A stretch of DNA of 64,000 bases from Sphaerodactylus townsendi (lineage: Eukaryota), in NCBI RefSeq assembly GCF_021028975.2, contig NC_059428.1, forward strand, positions 153,822,001 to 153,886,000. Direction: 5' to 3'. Each line of letters starts with the position of its first letter. Position 1 is the stretch's first letter. The notes below the pieces were generated by a model, which was not told the origin of the DNA, made no database searches, and worked only from the letters and a program-made list of their open reading frames with translations. Below, one piece after another: positions 11,456-23,456 of the stretch. Made by a program: the position numbers and the translations under genes.

Positions 11456-13104
11456 CTAAGCAAAACGAATCACAATGTGGACTCTGGGGTGATTATGAAA
11501 CACATTGAGCAACCGCTGTCTCCTCCAAAGCAGCCTTCTTGTATCTCTCTCTCCACACTCCCATCAGCTGACCGGTAGGAAGTTTGGTAGGGTATTGCGC
11601 TACTGTTGCCCTCTGGCAAATGGCTTGCAAGCGGTTTGGCTTGTCCCCAAACGGAAGTCCAGTTGCAGTGGTTCCCAACCTTTTTGGTATGTAACCTGCA
11701 AGCCCATATTTATTTGCCATGATGACCCACTGTGAAACAACAACAGAGCATGCACAAATCCATCAGACTTCACACTCTTTGCAAGCTGCAGGCTGGGAAA
11801 CTTTGCTGTTGCGCAAGAGTAGCACAGTATTCAACCAGCTCCCAACTCTCTGGAGAATGAACGATTCGAAAGCGAAAACCATCTCAAGTCTTTTGTTACA
11901 TGGGACAGGACAGACGTCCTTAACATCTTTTAAAAGAGAATTTCAACCTGTGAATCAGGGATGGTTTAATTCTTGCAGTTTTACCTGCAACAACCACTCT
12001 TCTCTATGCTGCTTTTAATGATAGAATTTGTATTTATTTACTTCATTTACTCCAATGGGGACTGAAAGGGCCTTTCATCCTTCTCATCTCCTCCATTTTG
12101 AGGGAAGGGGACATTCGAGTGGTAAGATATTTAACCAAGCTCATGGATGTGCAGATGTATGCAAAAGCCAGTGTGGAGTAGTGCCTAAGAGTGCTGAACT
12201 AGTATCTAGGGGTCTGAACCCCCTCATGCCATGGAAGCTCAGTGGGTGACTTTGAGCCTAACCTACCTCACAAGGTTGGTGTGATGATAAAATGGAGATG
12301 AGGATGATTATGTAAGCTACTTCGGGCCCCCATTGGGGAAAAAGGTGGGGTACAAATTAAATAAACAAACGGAGGAAGTGAGCTCTGACATGCAAAAGCT
12401 AATGCTAAACCAAATCATCTCTAAGGTGCTGCCTGACTCCAGTCATAACTGTCACATGGGAGGTTTTCTCACAAACACCCCCCACAGTGTCGATCAGCAT
12501 TTTTAAAACACTGAAGGATTATCTCATGAAATCTCCCAACACCTTTGTTCAACCTTAGCAAACACTTGCAAAACCATGAAATGAGGGATTTCTTAGTAAA
12601 ACAATGTCATTGCAGCCAATAAAATGGTTCAGTTTACAGTAGAAATAGGTACACAGATTAAGAAAAAAAAAGTGATGTACTAATTAACCAGGTATAGCCA
12701 GCCTAGGCAAGGGTTTGACTGTGGCAGAAAACATGAGGGACGCGCAGAAATAGGTACGGGTGAAGGTTATGTGTGTGCCCTATTTCACAACAAAATTAAT
12801 ACGCAAATTGTTTGTAGACAGAGCACACATTTATTTGTTCTTTTTACTCAATTGCCACTGTCCCCAGCAGGTCACAAGTGTGAAATGCAAATGGATTCCT
12901 TTCTTGTATTTAAATAAAGAAACTGATTTGAGTAAGTCAGAGATGTGGGTGGAGAGATGAGGTTGAAAAGCAGAATTTTAAAAGCAAAGTCGGAAATGAA
13001 AGCCCCAGAAATAAAATGGAGGTCATAGAAAATAATTAAGGTTCTTTTGAATATGTAAGAGTAAACAAGCCACTGAGAGCTGTTGTATAAATGGGTGTCT
13101 TTAC

Positions 13105-13383
13105 TTGCCCTTCTTGCAGGGAAAAATGCTTGTCTCTTTACCAGATGTTATTTACCAGATGTTATCATGGTCCCATGCTATGAAAAGCATCCCATTTCCA
13201 CACATTAAGCCTAGTTTAAAGTGACATTTTTCTCCAGATCTCTTGGCTGCCTTCACCACAAATTTAGGATTGGTGTTGGGTAAAAGGCAGGGGCAAAAGC
13301 TGATGATTCTTAACCAGATGAAAAGTCAGTTGACAACTGCATGGTATGGGATCTTTTGCAAATAATAACATTACGGCATTTAA
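13105..13383 (-). pseudogene. CIROZ-like remnant exon (VKCRNVIICKRSHTMQL ... EKCHFKLGLMCGNGMLFIAWDHDNIW*RDKHFSLQ)
   Basis: Acceptor ctccttgatttcaccag; TAA at 13154-13152; a 14-bp tandem duplication (13138-13165) shifts the frame; donor CAA|GTAAAG at 13105/13104 (3' end uncertain). Confidence 0.65.
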
Positions 13384-13697
13384 CTGGTGAAATCAAGGAG
13401 TTGCACACTCAACTATCACTGAACCATATTTATTATTGCCATGATTTACATCATCCCATTATGTGGAGCACTGGGGTAGGTCTGAACTGAACCTACTGCC
13501 CATTGACTATATTATTGGTGGCCCCATATTTTTCTTTGCTAGTATTTCCTGATGATTTGGGGGGGAAACGATGATACTTTGGAGGGCAAAAATCATAATT
13601 GGTGGGGTCCCATCTCCATCTGCTACCTAGGCCCATCCTAGGCCTTAGAGTACCAAAGTAGGCGGGGTTACAGTGGCCCCGCCCCGTCATCGCTCAC

Positions 13698-13809
13698 CTG
13701 AGGAGCGCAGGAAACCGAGACGCTCCCAGCCGACCGAACCACAGTAGCGTGCGCGGAGGGGGGAGTTAAAAAAAAAGACTAGCGACGTTTCGCGTCCAAG
13801 CCAAAACAT
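13698..13809 (-). pseudogene. CIROZ-like remnant, candidate exon 1 (MFWLGRETSLVFFFNSPLRA...FLRSS)
   Basis: ATG 13809-13807, open for 37 codons + 1 nt to a strong donor CAG|GTGAGC at 13698/13697; phase 1 matches the next exon. Confidence 0.5.
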
Positions 13810-13993
13810 CCGAAAAAGCCATATTCTGAACGAAACGACATCCCCCCCGCCGTGTGTACATACATACGTATAAGCTTCGTTTTAATATAAAAGAAGGGTA
13901 AATCCCTCCCCCTTTTTCACCAACTTGGCACGTCCCGGGTCGAGGGGGGAAAAAATGGGGGACCGAGAGAGGAGAAGGAGGAGCCCGCCGCGG

Positions 13994-14003
13994 GTCACGT
14001 GAC
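13994..14003. promoter_or_regulatory. CLEAR element GTCACGTGAC (TFEB/TFE3/MITF)
   Basis: Perfect palindrome within GGGTCACGTGACCC; V-ATPase genes are established CLEAR-network genes. Confidence 0.85.
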
Positions 14004-14013
14004 CCCCGGGCCG

Positions 14014-14025
14014 GCCGCCATTTTG
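14014..14025. promoter_or_regulatory. YY1 site GCCGCCATTTTG
   Basis: Exact YY1 consensus next to the CLEAR site. Confidence 0.7.
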
Positions 14026-14321
14026 TCCTGCGGCGGCTGGGTATTTAGAGCGAGCCGCGGGGGCAGAGGCGGAGGGACGCAGCGGGAGGCCGGCGCGGCT
14101 GCTTTGCAGGGAACAAAAACACAGACCCCAAGATATTGCAACCCAGAAAAAGAAAAGCAACCGCGTCGTTTTTTCTCCGGCCTCTTCCCGGGACGCGTCA
14201 TTGCATTGCGGGCGGAGGCGAGGAGGCGCTGCCCGTCCTGTTCCCGGAGCCTCCCTCGGTCGCGTCGTAGCCGCCCTCCCCTCCTTTCTTTCTTTCCCCT
14301 CCCTCCTTTTTCGCCTCAGCC

Positions 14322-14391
14322 ATGGCCTCCGCTCCGGAATACTCCTCTTTCTTCGCCGTCATGGGCGCCTCGGCTGCCATGGTCTTCAGCG
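14322..14391 (+). CDS. ATP6V0C: V-type proton ATPase 16 kDa proteolipid subunit c, coding exon 1
   Basis: Kozak gccATGg; MASAPEYSSFFAVMGASAAMVFS; donor G|GTGAGG, phase 1. Confidence 0.97.
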
Positions 14392-17300
14392 GTGAGGCTG
14401 GCGAGGGGAGAAGGGGGTCTGGCTATGGGGGGGGGGGGAACCTTGGGCCAAGGCCGGGGGTCGTTGAATTGGGGTGGGGGGGCTGCTTTCCTAAGGAGCT
14501 TCAGTTTAAGGCCCCTGTTCCGCCTGTCATGCATGTTGCTGGGTCATTGGGTGGAAGGGGGGGGTGCTTTTCTATGGAGCTTTCATTGAAGGCTCCTGCT
14601 CCCCCCCCCCCAGAGGACGGCGGCCCTCTGATGGGGGTAATCTCTGGGGAACTGGGGCTGGGTCGTATGGGGAGGGGGCCTTTCCTTTCTGCCAACCTTG
14701 TTCTGTTTCTAGGGCAGGGAGCTTTCACAATCCTGTGAAGGAGAGGAAAATGGCAACAGGGAATGGAAAGGGTTTTTGTGGAAGGCGGGGGGGGGGCTTC
14801 TTGTAAGGTTTTGCAACCCTTGTGACAGCTGTCATTTAAGGCTCCGGTTCCCCCACTCCCCCCCAAATGCATGTTACTAAGGGAGGGGGACTCTGGGTTG
14901 GGAGTAAGCTATGCAAGAGCCACGAGGAACTGGGGTTGGGTGGAATGGGAGGGGGTCACTGTGATGAGAGCAAACTGGCGTTGGGTTTTATTAGGGGGCA
15001 TTTGTGCAAAGGGTCAGCTGCTGGGCTGAGGGTTGGTTTTCCAATGGGACCATCTGGGCTGTTTTTTCCCCCAGGGGAGGGGGTGCAGCCTTGTGGCCAC
15101 TGACCGAGGAGGACACGGTGGCCTCCTCTGAGACACGCTGCATGGATGGTGATGCAGCAGGGGTGGCTTAACTCTTCCCTCCCTCCTTTGCTGGAGATGG
15201 TATTGTTGCAGGGGGGGAAGGGGGGTGAGATGGCAGCGCTTGGCCTTGACCAGCCCTTGAGCCCCTCTGCTGAGGGCATTGCCTTTCTCCCCCTTTAAAA
15301 ACCTTTATTTGATTCGTGACTTTCATCTCGCACGACTTTTGCGTTGGGTGTCCTTTCTCTTCTGGATCGAGTGGTGCTGGAGAATCCATATTCTGTTCCC
15401 TTATGTGCATTGAGATTGGGAGCAATATAAGGCTGGAAAGGGGGGGGGTGTCTCGCATTCTGGCTTATCTCTGGCTTACCGTCTTTCCCTTCCTGAGTCA
15501 CCACCCGGTAGTGATACCGTACCCTTATCTAGCTCAGTACCCCACCCCTCCATATCGGATAGTGCTTAGCATCTAAAGAATTGGGCCTTTACGGAAAAGC
15601 TCATGCTGGTATTTTTTCCCAGTTCTTTTATCTGGCACAAGTTTTACATTCATTTTTCTCCTCCGTAGAGACCCTTTTTTAAAGCAGGAGGTTATTAAAA
15701 AATGGGGGAGATTTTAAGGATTTTGTGTCCAGTCGTCTCCCCTGCCGATCGATGAAGAAAAAAGGAAACTATTTTTAGGGTTATCAGGTGCTTGAAAATG
15801 TTCCTTTCAGAAAAGCGATCCCTTCATATATCTCCGCCTGCTTCCTGCTTTTCCTGCCTGGCTTCTTCCTGGTTCCAGCCTGCCCTAGTTTCAAGGGCTG
15901 GGTTTCCCCTGCAAAGGGCTTGATTGGAGTGGCTTTCCCCACCCGGTGACTGCTGGGGCGATTCCTGCATGGATGGGAAGAGGGAGAGACAGGACAGCAA
16001 TGCGGGGGCGAAATCTCAGCCCAGCTGGGGCAGGGCACAGCACGTTGCTGCAGCCTCGCTCTCTCCCTTCCGAAACCCTTCGGTTCTTTCCGCCTGGCTC
16101 CTGCCGGATGGCCCATCCGGGATATTGGGTTGGCGACGAGAAGGATGCTGCTGCTCGAGAAGGATGCTGCTGCTCGGCAAGCCTTGGGAGAGGAGAGTTG
16201 GGGGGCAGCGAAGGTGACGTCATGTAGGAGTCAGCTGGTGAAGGAGCCCCTGGCTGACCATGTGACTGGATGCGGGGGGGGGGGGAGGTATTCTGTTCTT
16301 CTTCCCTTCCTGCTTTGCCACCCTTGGCTTCTTTAATTGAATCGCAAGATTATGCAGTGCAGTTTTGCTTTCAGGTTGAAGTGCGCTGTCCACCGATGGA
16401 AATCCCCTGCCACGGCTTTATTCTTGCGTAGTGCAGCGATTTGGGCCTGTTTCGCAAAGCCTTGTTTAAGACATTAGAGTTATTCTGAAACAAAATGGTG
16501 GTCCTCTGGTCCAAGTGCCGACAAGGCTCTAATCCAAACATGTGCAGACTACAACCCTTTCCTCTTGGCCAGGGCGGACTTTGGACCTCGAAAGCTTATT
16601 TTGGAATAAAATCTGGACTCCTGGTTCTTGCAGTGGGGCGCAGTGTGATGCCCTGGGCTTACACTGGAGTCACTGGAGCATAGGATGACATTATAAAACA
16701 GCAACCTCTCCAAAATAAGCTGGTGTGTGTTTAACACCGAGAGAAGCCACCCACATACCGAAATGTCTCTGCTGCAGGTGGTGATACAGGAGAAAAAAAA
16801 TCATTTTTGCCTTTCTGGATGGGCTTAGCAAGCAAGTTGTTAAACTGACGGTGACTTCAGAAGTTGAATTTGTGCACTCTGGAGCTGAAACAGTGATACA
16901 ACCTATTGTGTTTTTGAATTGACTTGTTAGTGAGTTAGGACTTTAGGTGGGACTAAACGAGACATGATCCCCAGAACAAACTGTTCCTCTTTACTAAGAC
17001 CCAAACCATGGATATGTTTTTGAGTTGCTGGCAGATCTCCTGTGACACTAAGCCTGATTTGACAGTTGCTGCATGAATCCCGTTAATATGGGGTACGCTC
17101 GATGGCCAAAGAGCGTACAGGCTTATAATTACACCTGTAAGGTTGTTGGACAGAGTAACCCAGTTGATTGCAGCAAATATAAAACTGTATCACAGCTATT
17201 CAAGTCTGCAAGCATATCATGTGTATATGTAACCTTAAGTTGTTTCCAACTTATGGTGACCCTTTCCATTAATTACCTCCAAAATGTCCTATTGTTAACA

Positions 17301-19806
17301 TAGTTGCTTAGGCCTTGCACATTGAGGGCGGTGGTTTCCTCAATTGAGTTGACCGTCTCATGTTGGGACTTCCTCTTTCCCAGCTATACTTGCTAAAAAG
17401 CCCTTTATTGAGAAATCTCTCTCCCCCTCCCCCCCTTGGGACGTAATTATATGGCACAAGTATCGATGCGTCTGTGTGTATAATGTTCCAGTTACAAAAC
17501 GTTCCTTGTTTTAGAGGTGCATCCCTAACTACGTCTTGGGCATGAGTTCCACTTTATTTGGCAGAGCTGGCAAGAGGGCATGGTTTGGGTGGTTGGGGAA
17601 GGCAGTTTGCTTGGAGGCTTTAATTGCTACTCCATGTCTAAAGCCCGACCTTACTGACTTCAATACCGGGAATGTGAGTGGTTTTGTGTACCTGAAGATT
17701 TTTCTTGAACAGTGTGGCAGGCCCAAGTGGCAGACTTCACAGCAAGTTCAGTCATCTGCCAGTGCATTAGGACTGCATTACAATTCTTTACTGTCTTTCT
17801 AAGCAGTCCTGCAGATGGTAACAGCGACGTTTAGTTTGATCCTGCAGGCGTGGCTGGGAATCCCCCTGCTGGTGTGGAGATGTTGGATCCTGTTAGTCTT
17901 CAGGCCTGGTGTAAGCAGAACAGCTGCCTTAGTTCCCGTGCTAGTGCTTGGGTTGTCTACCTGTTGTTCTCCTGTGCCTCTAGAGGAGCATTGGGCAGGG
18001 GACAGTTGGAATGAGAATGTAAATTACTTCTTCCCCTCAAGAGCTGTGGAGTTAGTGAGGTTGGGGAAGTGAACGCTTTTGCAAAAGGGGTCTTTACTGT
18101 CTTTGGAAAGCAGATCAAGTAATGGCACAGAAGCCATCTTCTGAAATCTTCCCTCACTTTACCATGTTTTCCCTGTTCTTGGGTCGTATGCTGAGAGCCA
18201 CACTTAACAAGTCAGATGGGTGCCGTTAGAGGGGACCCCGGAACCCTTTGTGACAGATGTTTCTTGATGTCATGCCAGTGTGTTTGAAATTTTCGATATA
18301 AAATAGTTTGCCAAAAGAACAAAGTGAAAATCAGTGGTCCAGAAATATCCCTGTTCTGTTGTCCAGCGGTACTTAACAGCAAATGTACTCAGATCAAAGG
18401 TGGCCAGGGACAACGGTAGGGTAGAAGGCTGCTCGTTCTGCCCTAGGTAAAAATGGCATGAGTGTGGATGTGGATTGAGAGAACTCTGTTCACTGTGCTT
18501 GTTACCTCTAGATTCTTCGGCGTCGATGTACAGCTCTTGCAGGACATGCTTCCCACCGCCCACAGGCAATATTACCTATTACACACCAGCCGGGATTCCA
18601 TCACTCTGCACAAAGAGACGTCTCGATGCGAATCCTCCCCACATAAAGAGGCAGGGAGCTGGCTCCTCAGAGGCAGCATTAACAACGCCTGGAGATTGAT
18701 GACTTAATGCAGCCGTGCCAGTCTTCCTCGGCTGCCTGGCACAGCTTTCTTCCCCAAGGTGTGCCCCCTTGGTTCCTTGCAAGCTGTGTCAGACCTGTTT
18801 TATTCCCAATAAGATACGGCTTGCTGAGCGCTAGCCAGCTAGATGCTGGAACGATGTTGTATAAACACCCCTATCTTGGGCCTGTCCCTTGCCTTCTGAT
18901 GATGGTAAACAGCTACTGTAGGGCTTGGCTAGTTCTGGTTCCTTGTCCATGCCTACGAACTGCTTGTTGATACGTAAGCTGCAGTACTTGCATATCTCTA
19001 TGCGTAGGGTCACTGTGACCTTCACATTTACATCTGCACTCAGTGACTTCCAGCAAGTCATCTTTTTTTTTCGTTGTTCCACTGGATAAAATGTATGGGT
19101 GGCTGTCAGGTGGTGATGAGTGGTGAGTAGTCTTGCCATGTAAACTGGCTGACACAGCTTACAAGAAGGGAATGAATTGGGCAGAAGGGGATGAATTGAC
19201 AAGGTCACTAGAAATGCCGTGTACTGCTCCCATATCATGTAGTCCGTGGGCCCCTGTCACGGTGCCCACCAACACCGCCAAGTATTTTCAGGAAGTGACT
19301 GGGGGTAGGTAGGGCTTTTGCCTGACAAAGTTCTGGACCTGTGATTGGCTGTGCAGATTTTTTTTGAAAAATGAAGCTTTGGCTTCAGATGCCCCCACAA
19401 CACAAGGATCTGTGCTGTTTTATTGAAGTTACGCTGTAGCAATCGTCATGGGGCTGGGCCCACCTCTTGTGGTAGCCAATTTGTTGCTACGTTCACCATG
19501 CTGTGTCCATTGTAGATATTTCTGCAGGCTCCAATAGGTTGAGGACCCCTGATCTAACCTGTCACCTATACTGGCAATAATAATTATGCAGGGTTTGTTT
19601 AACCAACTGGTTAACCACTCAGACAGATGTTTACTACATTCACTTCACTATGCCTTAAGGCAGGTGTTATTTAGCTGCAAAACAAATTCAGTTTGCAAAG
19701 CGCTTCAGTTGTAAACAACACTCTTCAGGGTCTTCACCTAGTGCAGATGGTCCACACTGAATAGTCTAGCCAGCCAGTTAAGGATCGGGTTTCTCTCAAA
19801 GCAAGT

Positions 19807-20104
19807 AGAAGAAGAGGAGTTTGGATTTATATCCCCCCTTTCTCTCCTGTAGGAGATTCAAAGGGGCTTACAATCTCCTTGTCCTTCCCCCCTCACAACA
19901 AACACCCTGTGAGGTGGGTGGGGCTGAGAGAGCTCCGAAAAGCTGTGACTAGCCCAAGGTCACCCAGCTGGTGTGTGTGGGAGTGCACAGGCTAATCTGA
20001 ATTCCCCAGATAAGCCTCCACAGCTCAAGCAGCAGAGCGGGGAATCAAACCCGGTTCCTCCAGATCAGAATGCACCTGCTCTTAACCACTATGCCACTGC
20101 TGCT
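19807..20104 (-). mobile_element. Squam3-like SINE
   Basis: Full-length copy. Confidence 0.85.
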
Positions 20105-20649
20105 CCAGAGCTTGGTCTGCGCTCCCAACTTTCTAGAAGACAAAGTTCTGTGGCTAGAATTCCACTGTTTCCAGAGTGAGTCTGGATGCACCGTTCAATC
20201 GGCACACTATGCTTAAAGTTGTAGTTCAGCATTCTGTAGTAATGAAGCTTGCTTACTACCAGATGTTCAGGTTAGCTGTTGGTGAAGATGTACTGCCTGG
20301 ACAGTCGGGATCACTGCTGTGACATATGGTTTATGTCAAAGCTGCACTTTGAGGAAAGGATATGGAGGAGATAGTAAGTAAATGCGTCACCTGTTTTGTC
20401 AGAACTCTAAATGTGCCCACAGGCTGAAAAATGTTGGAAACTCTTGCTTTAGAGTATGAAGCCTATTCACTTCTTTAAGGTACTGCAGCTTGCTGGGCTG
20501 ATAAATTAGCTGCCTGGGAATTGTGGCAATGCCTTCCTTTCCATAGGAAGAAATAGATCTTCCTGTTCAGTGGTTTTCAGTGCTCTACTGCCCTTTGAAA
20601 ATAGGTATGTTTGAATTACTTCATTTGTACCTCGCCTTATTCCTGATAG

Positions 20650-20907
20650 GGATCTGGAAAACTGGGTTTGATTCCCCACTCCTCCACCTGCGTGGCGGAG
20701 GCTTATCTGGTGAACCAGATGTGTTTCTGCTATGTTCCTGCTGGGTGACCTTGGGCTAGTCACAGTTCTTCAGAACTCTCTCAGCCCCACCTTTCTCACA
20801 AGGTGTCTGTTGTGGGGAAAGGAAGGGAAAGGAGCTTGTAGGCCACCTTGAGTCTCCTTACAGGAGAGAAAGGGGGGGTATACATCCAAACTCCTCTTCT
20901 TCTTCTT
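20650..20907 (+). mobile_element. Squam3-like SINE, 5'-truncated
   Basis: Same family. Confidence 0.8.
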
Positions 20908-23456
20908 GAGATGCCAGAAGAAACCTGAATGTGTGGCTTACTGTCACTTTCTGTCCAGTGAATGCTGTTCAGGTGAAGGGTGAATACAGGCAGTTTCACT
21001 GCCTGCATGCCTCTGTAATCCTGAGCTCCTATACAAATTATGCAGAAATTCTCTTTTCTTAAATGGCCAGCTCAGAGGTGTTAGGGTTAGGTGAACTTCA
21101 TAAATTCAGGAGTACCAGACATTTTGAATGTCTTTTAGCTGACGAATCTGAGCGTAAGCTTTTCAGTCTTAATTCTCATACTTTCACAGGTCGCCTTGAA
21201 GAAGAAATCGATTTCGTGTTGGTTTGTTTTGCCAGAGGACTAGGCAGAGCTCTGTCATTATGCAACATGGCTTCTCTTCCTCCCAGGGACAACTAACCTG
21301 GCTGAACTTTGTTGTGAGCCGCAAAGGCTAGGGTTTCCTGACTCATTTTGCTCACCACGTTGGTTGGAGCAAAGCCTTGCTTACTAATTTCTGGATGTCA
21401 TTTTGTGGTTAAGTTGGTATCTCCTGTCTCTGTCTCCTGGATGGGGACCAAAGGTGGGCTCCAAAGAAGAAGGAAGCAGGCATGGCCAATGAGCCGTCTG
21501 CATTGTGTGTGCTTTGCAAATCTGGCTGACAACAGGTTCATCCAGCTTCCTTCCAAAGAACAACAGTTACAGCCCAATAACCAAATTCTTCTTTTGCACT
21601 AGCGCTCATCCTGACTCTTTAATGGACTTGAGGCACATGGAAAAAAGCACATGTATTGATTATTGGTTCACCAGTGCTCTAGGAAGTCCACGGTTGATTT
21701 CCTGAGCATTGGCACAGGAGTGGGAGTTGCCAGATGTGCCCAGCCCTGAGTTAAAAGCCTGCCTTTCATTTTTTTAGCCTTTGCAAATAGAGAACCATCA
21801 CATGATAGCTGAAACGATTTGTTCAACCTATGAACTTTCAGGTGATCACATAAAAGCTTGTAAGAGTTTAGGAATGCATCTCAGGCTCATAAGACATCTG
21901 AAGGGTCATCATTTTAATAACCACCTAGCTATAGAGTTGCTGGAACCCTCCCATATGAGAAAAACAAGCAGTTGTTTGCTAAACCGCTGGAACATCTGTC
22001 CCAGCTAACATCAGAGTTGCCGGCATTAACTGGAAGAGGCGTTCATAAGTTCTAAGTCAATAATACCAGTAACCTGGTGCTTACAGCTGTGTATTTTGCT
22101 AAAAACCCTGAAAAAATGGAATCCTTCAAGGTGTTCATGTGTTTTTTTCATATAGTTCTTCAACTGTGGAAAGGAAGTGCTGTGCTCATTGCATCATATC
22201 TTGTTCAACAGGCTTGAGGACTAGAAACGCAGCAGAATAAATGTTGGCTGTCTGGTGCTGGATCGTAGAATCCAGGCGGACACACAAGCAGCCTTCCAAA
22301 GGTTAGCTGTAGAAATGTACCTCTTAAGCCAGCTTTCCAGTTGCGTTCTCCATTCCAACATGATTACCGAATATTGTAAGAAAGAAGAAATGCTCAGAAG
22401 ATTTTGAGCCAGGTGATTTTAAGCAGGGCCATCATCAGTGTAAGCGTAATGCTTTACGGAAAAGCACGTAGGAAAAGCCCGTGCCCTTGGCAGATTTGCA
22501 GTGTGCAAGGGGTAGCCACAACATAAGAATGTAGTGCCTCTTGATGTGGTTATGTTGGGTGATGCAGCCCATCAAAAGGCAAACCGCTTGAGACTCTGGA
22601 GCTATCTGTAGTGCCAGACTTCCAACTTCAGTGGTACAGTGAGCAGACAAGTCTGACTCCAGAGAGCTGTAGTGAGCTTGTTAGGAACAGGTCGGTCTAA
22701 GTAGCTTAGATTACACCGAGGAGTTGAGTATCCTTGTATCTGACAACGGGGCAGCCTGCAGGCCCAGACGAAGATGGGGGTGTGAAGTTTAAGCCTTTTC
22801 AGGGTTGTGAGTGGCTACAGGAGCGGTGATGCTTCTGGGATTGAAAACCACGTCTGCTGCATGCAGCCATTTTGCAGCTGCTCTTGAAATGCCTTTGTCC
22901 GTTAGGTTAGTCATTGCAAGAGCTTCCTCGAACAGCCTTTTGCGCAAGAAGCCTTGCATCAGTTGTGGTTGGCGGCTCCATCGAAGACTCCTGTGCTGCT
23001 CATCCCCGTTTAATTATGGGCTTGCACTTGAGCCTTTCCCACGGTTGTCTTGAATGGGACACATCGCTCACAACATACCTTTCACTCTTCAGGCGTGGCT
23101 GGACTCTACAAAGCAATGCAGTCGCTTCATGAACTCCACAGCGCTGCCAGTCAGAAAATGCGCCCCGGCTTATCTCGGCTGGGAGTGCTTCTCCCATCTG
23201 GACCTTCAGCTACTGAAACAGATCAGAACTTTGCAGGAATATCAGCTGTAAAAGGACATTCTTACTAGTGGCATCACAACTTAAGTGGGGATCTCATAAT
23301 CAAAGGGCTTAATGTGCAGAAATAATTGCCTTGTCATTTAGTTGCAGTTTGCTTTAAGTAGCTCAGGGTTGCCTTCAAGATGCAGAAAGGTAGTTTGTCT
23401 GGTTTTGTCTGATGAATTTCTGTGCTGCCTTTCCACTCCATTAGTGCCCCCAAGGC

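Larger units (their letters stand above)
1..13809 (-). pseudogene. Decayed multi-exon CIROZ/C1orf127-like (ZP-N domain, DUF4556-type) gene, divergent from ATP6V0C; runs off the left edge
   Basis: Ordered minus-strand exon remnants with splice acceptors give peptides matching recalled human C1orf127 motifs at the same spacing: KC.F.L-x8-LF.A, HCGP, G-x4-TI.A.CP, IP..R, L.VHQS-x9-DF. Several stops and frameshifts. Confidence 0.68.
13670..14400. promoter_or_regulatory. CpG-island promoter of ATP6V0C (probably bidirectional)
   Basis: High CpG density and GC-boxes, directly upstream of and overlapping exon 1. Confidence 0.85.

Noticed and set aside
11830-11947. Extra minus-strand CIROZ-like exon (VEILF*K)
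   Set aside because: Match to recalled EIRIFQK is too short and competes with an alternative alignment at 13050-13105; left unassigned pending a real alignment.
13999-14738. 196-aa and 138-aa ORFs over the ATP6V0C promoter and exon 1
   Set aside because: GC-rich stop-poor sequence and intron read-through; only 14322-14391 is coding.
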